A DNA stretch of 64,000 bases from the human T2T-CHM13v2.0 reference genome, Homo sapiens: the NCBI RefSeq assembly GCF_009914755.1, contig NC_060947.1; one strand, written 5' to 3'. Shown here piece after piece: positions 62,401 through 64,000 of the stretch. Under the pieces are notes generated by a model. It saw only the letters and a list, made by a program, of their open reading frames with translations. It was not told the origin of the DNA and searched no databases. The position numbers and the translations under genes were made by a program. Within the stretch, counting starts at the first letter, position 1; each line of letters begins with the position of its first letter.

Positions 62401-64000
62401 TGATTCCAATCTGCTCTATCAATAGGATTGTTCAACTCCATGAGTTGAAAGCCATCCTCACGAAGTAGTTTCTGAGAATGCTTCTATCTAGTTTTTATGT
62501 GAAGATATTTCCTTTTCCACCACAGGCCTCAAAGCCCTCCAAACGTCCACTTGCAGATTCTCGAAAAAGAGTGTTTCATAGCTGCTCTTTCAAAAGGAAA
62601 GTTCAACTCTGGGAGTTGAATACAAACATCACAAAGTAGTTTCCGAGAATGCTTCTGTTTAGTTTTTATGTGAAGATGATCCCGTTTCCAGTGAAATCTT
62701 CAAAGAGGTCCACATATCCCCTTGCAGATTCCAAAGAAAGAGGGTATCAAAACTGCTCCATCAGAAGGATTGTTCAACTCTGTGAGTTGAATGCAGTCAT
62801 CGCAGAAAACTTTCTGAGAATGCTTCTGTCTAGGTTTGATGTGAAGATATAGACGTTTCAAACGAAGGCTACAAAGTGGTCAAAATATACACTTGCAGAT
62901 TCTACTACAAGGGTGTTGCAAACCTGAACTATCAAAGGAAGGTTCAACTCTGTGAGTTGAATACAAACATCACAAAGAATGTTCTGAGTTTGCTTCCGTT
63001 CAGTTATGGGAAGTTGATCCCGTTTCCAACGAAATCCTCAGAGAGGTCCAAATATCCCCTTGCAGATTCTACAAAACGTGTGTTTGGAAACTGCTCCATC
63101 ATAACGAATGTTCAGCTCCCTGAGTTAAACTCCATCGTCACAAAGAATTTTCTGAGAGTGCTACCGTCTGGTTTTTATATGAATTTCTTTCCTTCACTAC
63201 CACAGGCCTCAAAGCGATCCAAATCTCCACTTGCAGATTCTACAAAAAGAGTGTTTGCAAACTGCTCTATCAAAAGGAATGTTCAACTCTGGGAGTTGAA
63301 TGCAATCGTCACAGAGCAGTTTCTGAGAATGCTTCTATGTCGTTTTTAGGAGAAGATATTTCCTTTTCCAACACAGTCCTCCAAGCCCGCTAAATAGCCA
63401 CTTGCACATTGTAGAAAAAGTGTGTCAAAGCTGCGCTATCAAAGGGAAAGTTCAACTCTGTGAGGTGAATGCAAACATCCCAAAGAAGTTTCTGAGAATG
63501 CTTCCGTTTAGCTTTTAGGTGAAGATTATCCCGTTTCCAACGAAACCTTCAAAGAGGTCCAAATATCCCCTTGCGGATCCCACAGAAAGAGTGTTTCGAA
63601 ACTGCTGTTTCAAAAGGAATCTTCAACTCTGTGAGTTGAATGCAATCATCACAAAGAAGTTTCTGACAATACTTCTCTCTCGTCTTTCTGTGAAGATAAA
63701 GGAAAAGGCTTTCAGGCCTTTTCCACCACAGGCCTGAAAGCGCTCCAAATGTCCACTTGCAGATTCTGCGAAAAGAATATTTCAAAACTGCTCTATGAAA
63801 AGCAATGTTAAACTCTGTGGCTGGAACACAAACATCACAAAGCGGTTTCTGAGAATGTTTCAGTTTAGTTTTTCTGTGGAAATATTCCCGTTTCCAAAGA
63901 AATCTTCAAAGAGGTCCACGTATCCACTTACAGATTCTACAAAAAGACAGTTTCAAAACTGCTCCATCAAAAGGAGGGTTCAACTGTGTGACTTGAATGC

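Larger units (their letters stand above)
1..64000 (-). repeat. DXZ1: Centromeric alpha-satellite higher-order repeat array, 12-mer 2057-bp HOR, matching human chrX DXZ1
   Basis: Uninterrupted ~171-bp monomers (recurrent TTCTGAGAATGCTT, CACTTGCAGATTC, TTCAACTCTGTGAGTTGAATGC). Identical ORF translations recur every 2057 bp (e.g. 11745, 13802, 15859, 17916). One GGATCC (1520) and one CTGCAG (154) per unit match the known 2.0-kb BamHI/PstI DXZ1 repeat. Strand given by canonical CENP-B box orientation. DXZ1 identity rests on recognition, not a database search. Confidence 0.95.

Noticed and set aside
594-63785. Roughly 200 short ORFs (60-176 aa) on both strands
   Set aside because: They recur with the HOR period, are translations of alpha-satellite monomers (repeating PLADSTKRVF/VQLCELN/FLRMLL), many start at GTG, and they open or close with random SNPs. 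No domain, splice or promoter support.
1-64000. CRISPR-like repeat-spacer appearance
   Set aside because: No unique spacers and no cas genes; intervening sequence is homologous monomer DNA repeating every 2057 bp.
1-64000. L1/Alu insertion, inversion or array boundary
   Set aside because: All 31 anchor intervals are explained by 2057, 1716 and five micro-indels; no poly-A, foreign sequence or strand switch seen.
1-64000. Assignment as the active kinetochore (CENP-A) domain or to a specific assembly or individual
   Set aside because: Needs methylation, chromatin or alignment data that the sequence alone cannot supply.

Overview
The whole 64-kb window is non-coding centromeric alpha-satellite DNA: ~171-bp monomers organised as a 12-monomer, 2057-bp higher-order repeat (HOR) with one BamHI and one PstI site per unit, a pentamer-derived substructure and one 186-bp monomer. 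These are the hallmarks of the human X-chromosome DXZ1 array (suprachromosomal family 3). CENP-B boxes read TCCCGTTTCCAACGAAA on +, so the canonical box orientation is on the - strand. Between the first and last BamHI-position anchors (1520 and 63575) there are 31 HOR units: 26 full 12-mers and 5 copies of a 1716-bp 10-mer deletion variant. All listed ORFs are by-products of the repeat. I see no genes, RNA genes, transposon insertions, inversions or CRISPR arrays, and no evidence for a new gene-encoded system. The interesting structure is in the repeat itself: a 3773-bp (12+10) super-repeat, 4113/4114-bp HOR dimers, 5830- and 6171-bp offsets, a microhomology-bounded deletion removing exactly two dead CENP-B boxes, haplotype-linked CENP-B box losses, an apparent inter-monomer microconversion, and an insertion built from inverted copies of adjacent sequence. 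Variants were read by eye, not by computed alignment.
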